Below are positions 48,857-61,209 of a DNA stretch of 64,000 nucleotides, piece by piece (the stretch's first letter is position 1; each line of letters opens with the position of its first letter). The stretch is from a virus (lineage: Duplodnaviria; Caudoviricetes). The stretch spans positions 80,335-144,334 of the IMG/VR virus record IMGVR_UViG_3300029288_000085; one strand, written 5' to 3'. The notes under the pieces were generated by a model, which saw nothing but the letters and a program-made list of their open reading frames with translations, did not search any database and had not been told where the DNA came from. The position numbers and the translations under genes are program-made.

Positions 48857-51800
48857 ATGAATTCTATAACGAAAGATCATTATAGTATATTGCCATACTA
48901 TACCCATATGACATCTTTAGCTATTGGTGAAGCTACTGACCTATTACCTAATATAAAATTTCCTAAAGAAAAAAGATGGAATAGCCATCATCAAGGAAAC
49001 AAAGAAAAAGCCAGGAGAATCAAACAATTAAGAAATAAGGAGTTAAAAAATGGCTAATTCAAGAATGCAAAGAAAAGCTAATAGATCTAATCTAAGAGCC
49101 ACAATATGGGAAAACTGGGTTAAATGCATGAATAAGTATGATAATGATCTTTCAGGAGCGTGGAAGTATTTTACACAAACTTATTTTGACATAATCGAAT
49201 TCAGAAATAATCCTATGTACAGACAAGAGTATTTGATATTTAAATCTGATTTAGTTGGCATCATAAAGGGGGTTTATCGAAATGAAAAAGTATCCTGTTG
49301 AAGTTAGAATTAAACGACAGTATGGAAATCCTGGAGCACTTGTTGGTGTAATCAAAAGAGTACTCCGGGAAGAACAAATAGGAAACTTTAATCCTATCTT
49401 TTGTACATATCATGGTAAAAAGCATCTTGTAAATAGTGTGCAAGGTGATTTAAGTGATCCATTTCGGAGAGACGAATCTTATCTTAATACACTATACATT
49501 GAACTATAATGGAGAATGATTATGTATCTTGATAAACCGGATAAAGAAATACTTAAAATTGTCAATAAATGCTTTCCATCTTATAATGGAAAGAAATTTC
49601 AGCTTTCTACTAATATCCCTACAGAAATACATTCTTACTGGGATGGTGGAAGTAAAACTTCATATGTTTTCTATCAATTAGCTACTAGTGCAATTTATCC
49701 TGTCCATTCTAATCATCCTATGTTTGAATCAAATCAACCAAATAGATTGAAGGAACTTCCTAAAGGTATTATTATTGTTGCCCATACCATATTTTGTGGT
49801 AAAGATATGGGGATAACAATATACGCTAACCAGGATGATCTTACCCCTATGTTGCCTGCTCCAAGTGAAGAATTATCCAAAGAAGAAAAAATAGTTCTCA
49901 TATTCACAAGATCATTGAAGAATACTTATGCCGGAAGAAATAATGTTAGATTTTATGAAGCTAACAGAAAATACGGCATATCTCTTGATACTTGGGATAT
50001 TTCAAAAGAAAAGTTAATTTCTAAAGGCTTTTTGAATAAAGCTGGTGCAATTACTTCTAATGGTAGAAATGCCGTAGAACACGAAATAGAAATTAGACTT
50101 TATTAGAAAGGAGAATTATCATGGTAACAAAGATATCTTTTAAAGAAGATCAAAGAAAGGAAAACCCAGGATTACATTTGTTATATACAAAACGAGCAAT
50201 CACCCATTTAGCTCAAATTGAAGAAATCCAAAAGAAGTTATCTTCATTTTCAAACACAAATATGATAGATATTTCTCTTTCAGTAGAAAGAGAAAGACAA
50301 AAACTTATTAAGAATAATGCTGCTTATGCTGATGCAAATGAAATTTTAGACTCAATTCGTCATCTTGATTTCTATCGAAAGACGACAAAGATTCTTGATA
50401 TTGAAGAAACCTTACAAACAGAATAATAAAGGAGAATGATTTATGCATAAACAACTGTGTATTAATTGTTTTTCTACAAAGGCTGATACTGCTAAATTTT
50501 CAGAGGAAAGAGCAAAAATGCAAGCTGCTATGATGGAAAAAGGAATATTTTGGTGTCCTATTATATTAAAAGAGAGATTTTTGGCAAAATTAAACTCGCT
50601 CTTGCCAAAAGACAGAAATCTGTATGAATATTTAGCCTCTACTCTTACAATGGAATTGTCAGCAGATAAAAAATGTGTTCCTACATATTGCCCTTATAGA
50701 AATGCCCATTTCTTGTTTCATGATGAACCATTCACTTCAAATGAATAAAGGAGAATGATTATGGTAACTATTTGGGAAGATCCTAGTACAGAAGTTGAAA
50801 AAAAAGATCATCAGAAACGTCATCAAATTCTTCATAGTCACCTAGATGAACTTCTAGCAGATTATCTATGGCATCATTATAAAGCTTTACCTTCGAAAAT
50901 AACTTGTGAAATGTTAATGAAATGGTCAAAAAGACAAACAGAAAGTACTTCTGGCTTAATAGGTAAACTTCATAATCTCTAGGAGGAGAATAACGATGAG
51001 ACATTTTAATCTAGAAGATATCAAAGTCAGAGGAAGTAATGTTTTAGCTTTCTGGATTATAACTAATGATCATCAACTTCATATTCAAAGGAAAAGACTT
51101 CCTGATGATACTCCTGAATGGGTAAAGAATGCACAAAGTTTCTATAATGGAAGTACTTACTCTCTAGTAAAATACTTCAGAGATAATGAGTACTTACCAT
51201 TAAGAGAATGCTTGGATAAAGCAAAATCAATCCTAGCAGGAAAATGGAATTAGAAAGGAGGAACTGCCTATGGAATAAAAACACTATAAATAATGAAACA
51301 AACTAGCAGAATTAATCTATCATTATTAGTCTTTAACTAGGAGCAATTTATGATTATCTAATGATTTCTAACATTTAGCAGGAATAACCTTTGGCAAGTT
51401 ATTCCTGCCATAATGATAGAAATTAGAAAGGAGTATGATTATGTATGATTTCAAACAAAAGGTATTGCAAGGAATTGCACAAAGAATCTCTTCTCTAAGT
51501 GATAAAAAAGCATTTGCATTAAGTAAACGTGATTATTTAGAAGTATTCAAGTGTTGTATTCTAATAGAAGAGCTGTGTGCTTGCTGGAATGCTTTTAATC
51601 AGCTAGAAGGGGAATGATAATGGAAAAGAAATGGATAAACTTTAATAATAAAGGAGAAAATTATCATGATTAAAGGATATTGTATTACTCGTCACAGTGT
51701 TGGCAGAATAAAGGAGTGGCCTGAAGTATTTTGTGCTGTTCCATTAATTAATTCGACTGTAAGATCAAAGGATGGATCTCTTGCATTAAAAGTCACTAAT

Positions 51801-53080
51801 ATTACTCATTGTAGTAAACAAGCAAAGGAATATACTGCAATGGGTTATCGTCTTTTTCAAGAGCCTTCTATTGAAGTAGAATTAGAAGATGATTAATGGA
51901 GTTCCAAGTGAACAAAAAAATTCCAACAATTCAAGATAGATTATTGGGAATATTCAAAAGAGTATTCTCAATAGCATTTTGGACAATGGTTATCATAGCT
52001 TGCATTTCATTAGGATTGCTTCTTTATGTCAATATAATGAGGTAATAGAAAATGAAGAAATATGCAATTCTTACAAAATATGGAACAAAGTATGAAATTG
52101 ATGAAGATGGTTGCTTTTTAAAATATAACCAACATAACTGGAAACACCCACATAATACATGGAAATGCAGAGGTTGTGCTGAATTACGTCCTTTTGGACG
52201 TTTACGCTTTCATAATTTGACTAATTTTCTAGCAATGATTGAAAAAGGTCAAAAATGGACTTTTAAAAATGGGAAACCACGATTTACTCTAAGAGATATT
52301 GATCATGGCACAGAAAGAATTCACGGTAATATTTCAACACATGGTATTTATCTGACATGGAAAATTGAATTATAATGAGGTAAAGTACAATGAGAATACG
52401 AATAAAAAATAAACGTCTGGTGTTGGTTTTTAGACCAATTTCATGGATATTTAGAAAAGATTGGTATGGCTTATATAGATGGAAAAATCCTCTATCATAT
52501 GAAAATTATCGAATCTACTTGATAGATTTTGGCCTTATAACTTTTGGGTATGAAACTAACAGAAAATGAGACTAACATTTTATAATAGAGGAATAATACA
52601 ATGAAAACTTTCAGACAAAATCTATCCGGCAATCGTCTTGTTTCTTGGAAGGGATACTATCAAAGATTTATTGATAAATTAGATAGACGAGATAAAAATG
52701 GTGAATATACTACTGATAATATTCACCATTTTTCTGTTGTCTCACTAATTGCAGTAAATAAAACAGGAAGAGTGTGGAGGTACTAATGAAACATAAACCA
52801 TATGATGCAATGTACGCAATACTACCTCAATATTTGTGGGAAACCATTAGAAAATTACACCTTAAACAAATTAAAGAAGAGAAGAGACATTCTAATGAAA
52901 TACTCAATAATAAAGTCAAGCCAATTAACTCCAATTAATGGATATTCGTGTTGGCTACCTATAAGATTCTTACATGAATGTAACAAATGTACGAAGTTTA
53001 AAACTTGTCCATTACCAGAACCAAAAGGCCAACTAGAAGAAAGAAATATTCTATTTGGCACAAAAAATCCATTAATCTGA
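48857..53080 (+). CDS. Cluster of hypothetical early genes (incl. 49050-49301, 49282-49509, 49516-50106, 50121-50426, 50443-50748, 50755-50982, 50996-51253, 51666-51896, 52052-52375)
   Basis: Dense co-oriented ORFs with AAGGAG RBS. Confidence 0.65.
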
Positions 53081-53095
53081 AAGGAGAAAATTGCC

Positions 53096-53533
53096 ATGAT
53101 TAAAGATCAAATCAAAGTTATTTTTGAGGATTTCTTCAAGGAAAATCACATCCGTTATTTTATTGGTGGGAGTGAGAGATTTGGCTATAAGAGTATATTT
53201 TCTGATATTGACTTTTTTGCTCTTATGCATGATCCTTTGAATTATCCTTTGAATCATTATAATTTGTTTTCTTTGCCTCATACTGAAACCCACAATGATA
53301 TGTATACTTACAATAATACTCAATTCTCCTTTCTTGGTGGATTAATCCACTTGACAATTTTCGATCCTGGAGTCTATCATAAACAAGAAGATTTCTCTGC
53401 ATTAGAAGAAGAACACTACAACATTGAAAAACTCTTAGCAGATAATCCTAAAATACGTCTTCTTATTTCACACCTAAAAAGAATGAATATAAAAGGTGCA
53501 GAAATCTACAGAGCAATGAAACGTCTTCTATAA
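53096..53533 (+). CDS. Pol-beta-superfamily nucleotidyltransferase (minimal)
   Basis: FIGGSERFGY....SDIDF (hG[GS]x9-13DhD). Confidence 0.65.
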   Translation: MIKDQIKVIFEDFFKENHIRYFIGGSERFGYKSIFSDIDFFALMHDPLNYPLNHYNLFSLPHTETHNDMYTYNNTQFSFLGGLIHLTIFDPGVYHKQEDFSALEEEHYNIEKLLADNPKIRLLISHLKRMNIKGAEIYRAMKRLL

Positions 53534-53548
53534 ATAGAGGATAAAATC

Positions 53549-53812
53549 ATGAATAAAGTAAGATCGTGGAGTTATCAAGAAAAACCTGTATGGCAACATA
53601 ATTGCACTAGGTGCAAATTTATTATTGCAATTAATTTCTTTAATGAAAAAAATGAAATAATTGGTTCTGCGGATATCTATGAGAATTGCAATAGTATAAG
53701 AAGAGTAACGGATTTTTTAATCCGTTTTTCCTCAGAAGGTTCTGATTATGCTACATTAGGCCAAAATATACTATTTGCTCATTATGTAATAGATAATCAA
53801 GGGTGGAGATAA
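53549..53812 (+). CDS. Zn-binding hypothetical protein, paralog of 56294-56563
   Basis: P.W...C..CKF...D.YE.C...DY shared between the two. Confidence 0.6.
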   Translation: MNKVRSWSYQEKPVWQHNCTRCKFIIAINFFNEKNEIIGSADIYENCNSIRRVTDFLIRFSSEGSDYATLGQNILFAHYVIDNQGWR

Positions 53813-53816
53813 AATT

Positions 53817-54428
53817 ATGAATAGCCAAGTTGATACTATTGAATACAAAGGATACAATATTGAAATTTATTATGATAATGATCCACTAAACCCTAGAGAA
53901 GAGTTTGATACTCTAGGAAAAATGATTTGTTTTCATAACAAATATAATTTAGGCGATAAGAGAAAAGAATGGTATGAAAAAGAACCACACTATTTTGAAA
54001 TGTGGTTAAAAGAGTTGAAAGGAAAATATGTGATTTTGCCACTATATCTATATGATCATAGTGGAATAACTATGAATACAACTGGATTCTCATGTCCTTG
54101 GGATTCTGGCCAAGTAGGATATATTTATGTTACTTATGACAAAATCGAAGCTGAATATGGTTGGAAAGTAATGACCAAAAAACGGATTGAAAAAATAAAA
54201 GAATATCTCCGTGGTGAAGTAGAAACATATGACCAATTTCTTACAGGAAATGTTTATTGCTTTGTTACCAAAGATGAAAATAATGAAGAATTAGGTTCTT
54301 GTGGTGGATTCTTTGGCTATAAGTGGGAAGAAAATGGATTACTGGACCATGCTAAAGGATATATTGACTATTATTTGAAAGAGAATAAAAAGAAACAAAA
54401 TATAATTGACAGCGTTACTTCTGTATAG
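53817..54428 (+). CDS. Conserved phage hypothetical protein
   Basis: NPREEFDTLGKM.CFH..Y.LGD, LPLYLYDHSGITM, PWDSGQVG, SCGGFFG. Confidence 0.75.
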   Translation: MNSQVDTIEYKGYNIEIYYDNDPLNPREEFDTLGKMICFHNKYNLGDKRKEWYEKEPHYFEMWLKELKGKYVILPLYLYDHSGITMNTTGFSCPWDSGQVGYIYVTYDKIEAEYGWKVMTKKRIEKIKEYLRGEVETYDQFLTGNVYCFVTKDENNEELGSCGGFFGYKWEENGLLDHAKGYIDYYLKENKKKQNIIDSVTSV

Positions 54429-54432
54429 GAGA

Positions 54433-54945
54433 ATGATTATGTGTGAATTTATCAGTTGGAAAATATATAATAATAAGATTTATTTTCTTACTGATGACAT
54501 AATTGCACCAAACTTGGAAGAATTTAAAAAGGATAACCCAAACTGGAAAAATGATCTTCCAGGACATGGTGCTATAGAATGGTTTTTTAATCTTCCAATA
54601 AGATGTTGGATAAATATGGAATGCACTGATTTCTCTTTCCCTTCTAATTTTCCTGAAGAAATCATACAAGCATTAATATCTGGAAAAATCACTTATCCTT
54701 CTTTTCCAAAAGGTTTATTACGTGAGACTTTGAAGGATGAATATTATGCAACGATTAGAGCTTTGAATGATGATTATTATGCAAAGTATCACTCTTTGAA
54801 TAGTGATTATACTGCAATGATTAGAGCTTTGAATTATGATTATTATACAAAGCTTAAGTCTTTGAATGAGAAACAATGGAAATTATTATGGAAATTATTT
54901 ATGAATCCTAGCAATAGATCTGAAGCATGGAAATTAGGAGAATGA
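54433..54945 (+). CDS. Hypothetical protein with 11-aa tandem repeats
   Basis: MCEFISW start; DEYYATIRALN/DDYYAKYHSLN/SDYTAMIRALN/YDYYTKLKSLN. Confidence 0.65.
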   Translation: MIMCEFISWKIYNNKIYFLTDDIIAPNLEEFKKDNPNWKNDLPGHGAIEWFFNLPIRCWINMECTDFSFPSNFPEEIIQALISGKITYPSFPKGLLRETLKDEYYATIRALNDDYYAKYHSLNSDYTAMIRALNYDYYTKLKSLNEKQWKLLWKLFMNPSNRSEAWKLGE

Positions 54946-55400
54946 TTATGCTTACAACAGGAAAATACAGCCAAAAGATGTATAAATGTAGAAGTTGTGG
55001 AACTGAACAACTAAATGGGACTAATCATTGGGGATCTATTTATCCCTACTGTCATACATGTAGAACTGTAACAATATGGGATTGTTTAGAATCAATGCCG
55101 GATGGATATACTAAACCAGAAGAATGGAAGATTGCAAAATTAGGAGATATCTGTACTATAAAATAAAGGGGTATTTTAATGGACACATATTGCCCAAAAT
55201 GTGGTTTTTCTGTGCAAGAAGAAATTGAAGAGAAAATGCGTTATTTTTATAATGATTCATTTAACACAGAAATTGATTGCCCAAAATGTGGGGTACTCTT
55301 AAGACTAGATGTGGAACTCATACAAAGAATGTGGAGTACTCTTAAGACTAGATGTGGAACTGATACAAAATATCAGACTTAAAATAAAGGAGAAATAATT

Positions 55401-56129
55401 ATGGAATCTCTAAAGCAGACTAAGACTGAAATTATGAATGGAATCGACTGTATTAAGTCAAAGATAATAGACCATAATACAGTTGAATATTATCTTCAGG
55501 ATGGAACTAGAGTAATCAGATATCACAATACTGATATCATTAAGTTTTTGCCTGACAAATCTATTTGGCTTAATACAAGTGGATTCAAAACCTCTACCAC
55601 TAAAGAAAGGCTTAATAATTTTCAACCCTACCAAATTTATCAAAACAAATCAATTTGGTATATTAAGATTAGAGGAAGAGAATATATATTCCAAGATGGA
55701 ATAACTATTTCCAAATTTGGTAAGATAACTGGAGTGGGATCTAAGAAAGCATTACAAAAGCTTAATAAACAGATTACCAAATATGTAAATGGATATGTCG
55801 AAGAATTATCAAATAGAAGATTAGATAAACCTGATGGTGGTGATTGCTGGCTTTGTCTTTTGAAAGAAACAAAAACTGCAAAATCATTAGGTGATTTATC
55901 TAATAATACTGACCACTTACTCTCACATTTTAAAGAGAAATATTATGTTCCATCTTTATTAGTAAATGCAATAGATGAAAATCCTGTTGCTCCTATGGTA
56001 AACCATCAAATAGGATATTATTTAAAATACCATGATCAATCTTGGAAGACTAATGCTGATTTCATTAATAACCAAATTAAGATGGCTCTCAAAAGATATC
56101 TACGGAAACGACTAGGACTTTCTTGTTGA
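55401..56129 (+). CDS. Conserved phage hypothetical protein
   Basis: YHNTDI...LNTSGFKTSTTKERLN, GGDCWLC, YVPSLL.NA. Confidence 0.7.
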   Translation: MESLKQTKTEIMNGIDCIKSKIIDHNTVEYYLQDGTRVIRYHNTDIIKFLPDKSIWLNTSGFKTSTTKERLNNFQPYQIYQNKSIWYIKIRGREYIFQDGITISKFGKITGVGSKKALQKLNKQITKYVNGYVEELSNRRLDKPDGGDCWLCLLKETKTAKSLGDLSNNTDHLLSHFKEKYYVPSLLVNAIDENPVAPMVNHQIGYYLKYHDQSWKTNADFINNQIKMALKRYLRKRLGLSC

Positions 56130-56293
56130 AAGGAAAAACAAAATGGAATTTAAAATTATAGGTAAGTATAAATCTCTTCCTGTTGAAGAGATAGATAAAG
56201 CAGAAACAAGAAAAGAAGCAAACTATTTACTACAGGAATATCGTTTAGCTTTCGGAAAGGATTGGCAGTTACATATTAAAAGAGGGAATAATC

Positions 56294-56563
56294 ATGATAA
56301 ATAAACTAGAATATACTGATATATTTGAATTTCCTCATTGGGTATGGGATTGCCCAAAATGTAAATTCTGTTTTGGAATTTCACTTACTTCAACAAAAGG
56401 TAATAGGAAATATTTTGATGTTTATGAAAGTTGTTCTACCTTTTCTAAAGAAAAGAAAGAATATATAATAGTTTGTAGTAATACAGCAGGGGATTATTTA
56501 TCAGGTTTGAAATTTGAGAATATTATAGCACATGCTTTAGCTCACCAGATAAAATGGAGGTAA
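56294..56563 (+). CDS. Zn-binding hypothetical protein, paralog of 53549-53812
   Basis: Same motif set as 53549-53812. Confidence 0.6.
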   Translation: MINKLEYTDIFEFPHWVWDCPKCKFCFGISLTSTKGNRKYFDVYESCSTFSKEKKEYIIVCSNTAGDYLSGLKFENIIAHALAHQIKWR

Positions 56564-57330
56564 TTATGTCTACTTCAAACAAAGGAATTGATTGGGGAAA
56601 TGGGAAAACGAATATTGATAAAGAAATTTGTATTCGTTACGGGGTAATAAATCAAAACGAAGTATTACAAATGTGGGCAGATTCAAGTGAAGCATATTAT
56701 GGAGAACCACATTGTCCAGAATGTGGGAATGACGCAAAAGAAAATCCTTATACTGAAGAAACAGAAGAATATGAACCTGTATCAAAATATTCAGATGATT
56801 TTTATGTATGTGATAATTGTAAGAATTCATTTGGAAGTGAAGAAGCATTTGGTGAAGAACCTATTGCATTTTTCATTGATAGTAGTGAATATAAAGCAGA
56901 ACAATCGCATGATGATACGGATATATTCATACTCAAATCCCTGTATTTTACTTATGCTCAATTTTGTTCCCCGTGTGCTCCTGGAGCAGGGTATATAATG
57001 AATGAGATTGAAGATAAAGATCCTAATAATAAAACCTACTGTTTTGGCCACAATTTCTTTGAATCTGGAAAAGCACCATATAAAGTTTATTCTGTAGAAA
57101 CAGGAAAACAGATTATAATAGAAGAAAAGCATATTGAATGCCCAAATTGTCATGGCTCTGGTTGGGATACAGTTGCTAGAATAGCATTAGTTAGAGAAAC
57201 TAATACTACCGCAACAAGAGAAGATTTGATTAAGCATGGATATTCAATTGATGAATTGGATAGATTTAAATGCTTTCGTTGTTATGGAGTAGGTAAAATC
57301 AAAGAATTAGAAGAAATAGAGGTAGAATAA
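56554..57330 (+). CDS. Zn-finger-rich hypothetical protein
   Basis: CPECG, CDNC, FCSPCAPGAG, DnaJ-like CPNCHGSG...CFRCYGVG. Confidence 0.7.
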   Translation: MEVIMSTSNKGIDWGNGKTNIDKEICIRYGVINQNEVLQMWADSSEAYYGEPHCPECGNDAKENPYTEETEEYEPVSKYSDDFYVCDNCKNSFGSEEAFGEEPIAFFIDSSEYKAEQSHDDTDIFILKSLYFTYAQFCSPCAPGAGYIMNEIEDKDPNNKTYCFGHNFFESGKAPYKVYSVETGKQIIIEEKHIECPNCHGSGWDTVARIALVRETNTTATREDLIKHGYSIDELDRFKCFRCYGVGKIKELEEIEVE

Positions 57331-57610
57331 TGAAATTGACTCTACCAAAAAAGCGCAGGAGATAATATATTTAAAGGAAAAATATGATTTAGGTAGGTGA
57401 TACTAAAATGAAACACACTATTGAAAAAGTCAAGGAATTAATCTTTACTGAGATTGATATTTTAAGGAATGAAAGAGAAAAATTATTCTCGGAGGAAAAA
57501 AGATATTTTTTCCTTTGCTCAAGAATTAGATATAATCTCAGAAAAAATTATAATGCTCTGTGAACTGACCAAAAAAGTAAATCAAATTCCACTGAAAGGA
57601 GATAATTAAC

Positions 57611-58063
57611 ATGTTACTCCATAAAACAAAAGGATTAAATCCCAGAATGACTTTTTGCCCTAGATGTGGTGGAGAAGCTAATGAATTAATTTTAGTCGGG
57701 GCAAACGATAAAGTGCACAAATGTGAAGATTGTGGAATGCTCCATATTGGTGCTCCAAAGCATATGAAATGCCAGAAATGTGGAAAGTATAATCTTTCTT
57801 TTCACACAATATTGGGGGATTCCGACAAATTACCGGCATCACAACCATGTGATGCTTGCCAGAAAGAAATAGAATTACACAGAAGTATAATAGCAGAAGG
57901 TGGGATATATTGGAAATGTGCATTCAACAAAAATCATAATGGTGTAATTAAACCAAATAAGTTTACCATTGCAGTAAGAAGCCAACTAAAAGTAAATCCA
58001 CCTAGTCCTTGCGGGATTGAATTTACACAAAAGGAATGTCCTGTTTGCTCTCCAAAGGAGTAA
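57611..58063 (+). CDS. Multi-zinc-finger hypothetical protein
   Basis: Five CxxC pairs. Confidence 0.7.
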   Translation: MLLHKTKGLNPRMTFCPRCGGEANELILVGANDKVHKCEDCGMLHIGAPKHMKCQKCGKYNLSFHTILGDSDKLPASQPCDACQKEIELHRSIIAEGGIYWKCAFNKNHNGVIKPNKFTIAVRSQLKVNPPSPCGIEFTQKECPVCSPKE

Positions 58064-58066
58064 GTT

Positions 58067-60110
58067 ATGATAGTTAGAATAATTCAAAAGCCTAAGACTA
58101 CAAGAGTAGTCTTTACTTGTCTAACTGGCACTTATGAATTAAAGTTTAACAAGATACATTATCCTTTGTTAAATACTTTTTTCAAGACTCAAAGTTTAAA
58201 GCATTTACCTATTAATGAACTATCGGAAAGAATGCTACCTTATTCTAAGATGGAAGGAGAACGTGGAATTGAGAATGGTCTTGATTTGTTAAATCATCTA
58301 AGATGCAGAAAGATATAACATGAAATTCAAAGATAAAAAGAATTATAAAGCAATAGCAATCCAACTAGAAAACTATGTGAATAATTATATTCCTCCTAGT
58401 TGGAAAGAACCGATTAAATCTGTTGCATTTGTTTATCCAATTTCAGCAAAAGAAGCACAAGATTTATACATATCTTTTATGCATGGAAACTTGGAAGAAG
58501 ATGTACTCAAAACAAAACCTTGGTATATACATAAAGCTATTAGACAGTTTTTCTTGGAAATGGAGGAGTAAAATATGAGTCAATGGACACACGTTGTAGG
58601 ATGTATTCGTGTTGATGGACTTCCTAAAATAATAGAAGAGCATAAGATAGAAAATATTGAAAAGATATTAGGCCCAATGTGCTTATTTGATAAATGGAAT
58701 GATGAATCAACTTTACCTAGAGGAAGTGAAGGAAGTTTGCAATATCAAATAATAGAATATTATCATGGTATGCCCTGGGTTGTCATTCCTATTTGGGGAG
58801 ATCTACGTGATTTTGACAACCCTAAAATAATACAAAGTTGGTGGAATAAAACTATTTCAAAGTTAGACAGCACTGCAACAATACGAGATGCTGTTATCTA
58901 TCTTGAAGTAGAAGGAGAAAAATCACTAATATTAACTCATGAAACTTAGAGGAGATTAATATGGTCAAAAATATCATAGTTTATGGTTTAACTGGCATAA
59001 TTGTAGCTGCCTTAGCAATAGGGGCATGGAGTTTAGGAAAAAAGATAAATTATTCATTAGCATATCAAACGTTTGTTCAAGAAACAGTAAAAGAAATGGT
59101 TAAAAAGGAATGTTTACGGTAAAAGAAGGAAAAATATAAAGAATAATACTACGTGGAATTCTAAAGAAAGGAGAGGCACAATAAATTTTCCTGAAATCTA
59201 CTTCGGAGTATGCAGAAATTCCAACACCTGTTGTCAATCTTATAGTTACAATTCAGGAGAAATAATGCATGAAATTACGAAAGGGACGAAAAGTCCATTT
59301 CAAACTAGCTATAGGTTCACCAAGTTTATTTTTAGGAGTAATTGAGACAGTAGGAAGAAATATTTGTTGGATAAAACCTTTAATGGTAAAAGGAAAACCA
59401 ATTTCAGAAAAAATACATACAATATTTTCAATTGATAGAAAATTAATTGAATTGTGAGGAAAATATGACAGAAGAAAAGAAAATTCAAGTATTCCAATTA
59501 CTTCCAACGAAAAATATGTATGAAATGTTTTATTCCATACTTGGAAATAAAAGAATACTTAACAATGTTGCAGTGAGACATGCATGTGGTTGTATTTACA
59601 CTCTAATAGAGGAAAAAACTGGCTATACATATTTCTGTATTAGCTGCTGTATGACTCATAAAGTAACAGAATTAATTAGGTTTGAATTTCTTTTGAGGGA
59701 TATCTCCAGATTTGGTATGAATAAATTGCGAAAGGAGAGAATTAATAATGACAGATCGTAACTCTACAGTAACAGAAAAACCACCTAAAGCAGTTGCTAA
59801 AAAAGAAGTTACTAAAAAAAGTTCTCCGTATGCTTATAAATATCAACTTAACAACAAAGATACAATACAAAGTGTGCTAGTTCGACTTGAACACGTACAA
59901 ATAAATTCGGATATTGAAAGATTACTCATCTCAAAAACACATTTTCTTCTAAATGTAGTTTTAAACTTAAATCCTTCATTTAGATCCTATCAAGTAAATA
60001 AAATTGTAACTACACTAGTAGTAAACTTCTTAACAATGGCAGAAGATATTGCTACTAATAAACAGATTTATCCTCTTAACACTATTTTGAATTCTCTACG
60101 AGTTTATTAG
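58067..60110 (+). CDS. Cluster of hypothetical genes (58067-58318, 58320-58571, 58575-58949, 59269-59457, 59447-59761, 59748-60110)
   Basis: Co-oriented, closely spaced ORFs. Confidence 0.6.
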
Positions 60111-60127
60111 TAATATGAGGTAAAATT

Positions 60128-61207
60128 ATGTTAGGTGAAGCTATTACCAAATTCTATTTATATGATGAAGCTATAGAAGATATGAAAAAGATAATATCTT
60201 CTAATATCTTCTCAAAAGATAAAGATTTAATAGCTCTACAGGAAATACAAGAAGAATATAAACAATATTCAGAAAAACTCGCCAAAATATTTTATATTTA
60301 TCTCAGTACAGTAGCTTTTGGAGAATTACGTCATTGTAAACTGCAAAGTGATTTCTGTATTAATGATTCTAATCCGTTGTTGAGAAACTTATTTACTATT
60401 ACTTCACAAGGTGATAAATCTAGACAACTTGTCTATGAAGAGGCACATAGACGATTTGATCCTTTCCAATATATGCCAATAATAGAAAATCTATTTAGAT
60501 ATTTCTTCTGGACTTCTAATTTTGGTGGCAAAAAATGGGCAGGTATTTGTAATGCAGCAAATCTATACAAGAAAATTCCTAATGAGATATTTATTGATCA
60601 CGTAGTTGATCTCCACCATAATAGTGGAACTGTATTTGATAAACCATATATGAACCTAACCAGTGGACTTAGTATATCATCTATCTTACATAGTAAATCT
60701 TTATATGGGATAGTACCCACAACTAAATCCCAATATGCCAATAATTACATATTCTGCACAGATTTAATCACACCCCTAAAGAAATTTAGTAGAATATTGT
60801 ATAAAAGTGAGAAGAACGATTATAAAAGCTTATTTAGAGAAGCACAGAATAAAGACTATTTTTTACGCCATAAGAGTTTTAATCAACAGTTAGATCATTT
60901 TTTTGATGCTTATGCTTATATATCTACTAGACCTCTAAAACCAACAAAACTCCTCTCTATCACATATAAAGACATAATTCCAACATCATACATTGCAAGC
61001 TTAACACTTGCTCAACTAAGATCAAATGCAATTCCAACAGCAAACCAATTTAAAATCAGCAATTTTATAGAAGTTATCCAGTTTGATCGTAAATATTTTT
61101 TTGAGACTCAGACTGTTAGAACGAATTATATTTTTCCATACCCCTTCAACGAAATAAATCATAAGCTATATCAATTCACAAACTCTTATCCCAGAAAGGT
61201 AGGTTAA
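60128..61207 (+). CDS. Hypothetical enzyme-like protein, paralog of 62236-63000
   Basis: FGELRH...FGGKKW..I...FIDH.VDLHHNSG.VFDK. Confidence 0.7.
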   Translation: MLGEAITKFYLYDEAIEDMKKIISSNIFSKDKDLIALQEIQEEYKQYSEKLAKIFYIYLSTVAFGELRHCKLQSDFCINDSNPLLRNLFTITSQGDKSRQLVYEEAHRRFDPFQYMPIIENLFRYFFWTSNFGGKKWAGICNAANLYKKIPNEIFIDHVVDLHHNSGTVFDKPYMNLTSGLSISSILHSKSLYGIVPTTKSQYANNYIFCTDLITPLKKFSRILYKSEKNDYKSLFREAQNKDYFLRHKSFNQQLDHFFDAYAYISTRPLKPTKLLSITYKDIIPTSYIASLTLAQLRSNAIPTANQFKISNFIEVIQFDRKYFFETQTVRTNYIFPYPFNEINHKLYQFTNSYPRKVG

Positions 61208-61209
61208 CA

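Noticed and set aside
59154-59222. Possible hammerhead ribozyme (CTGA...GAAA with flanking stems)
   Set aside because: The core reads CUGAAAU rather than CUGANGA, and stem I does not form next to the cleavage triplet.
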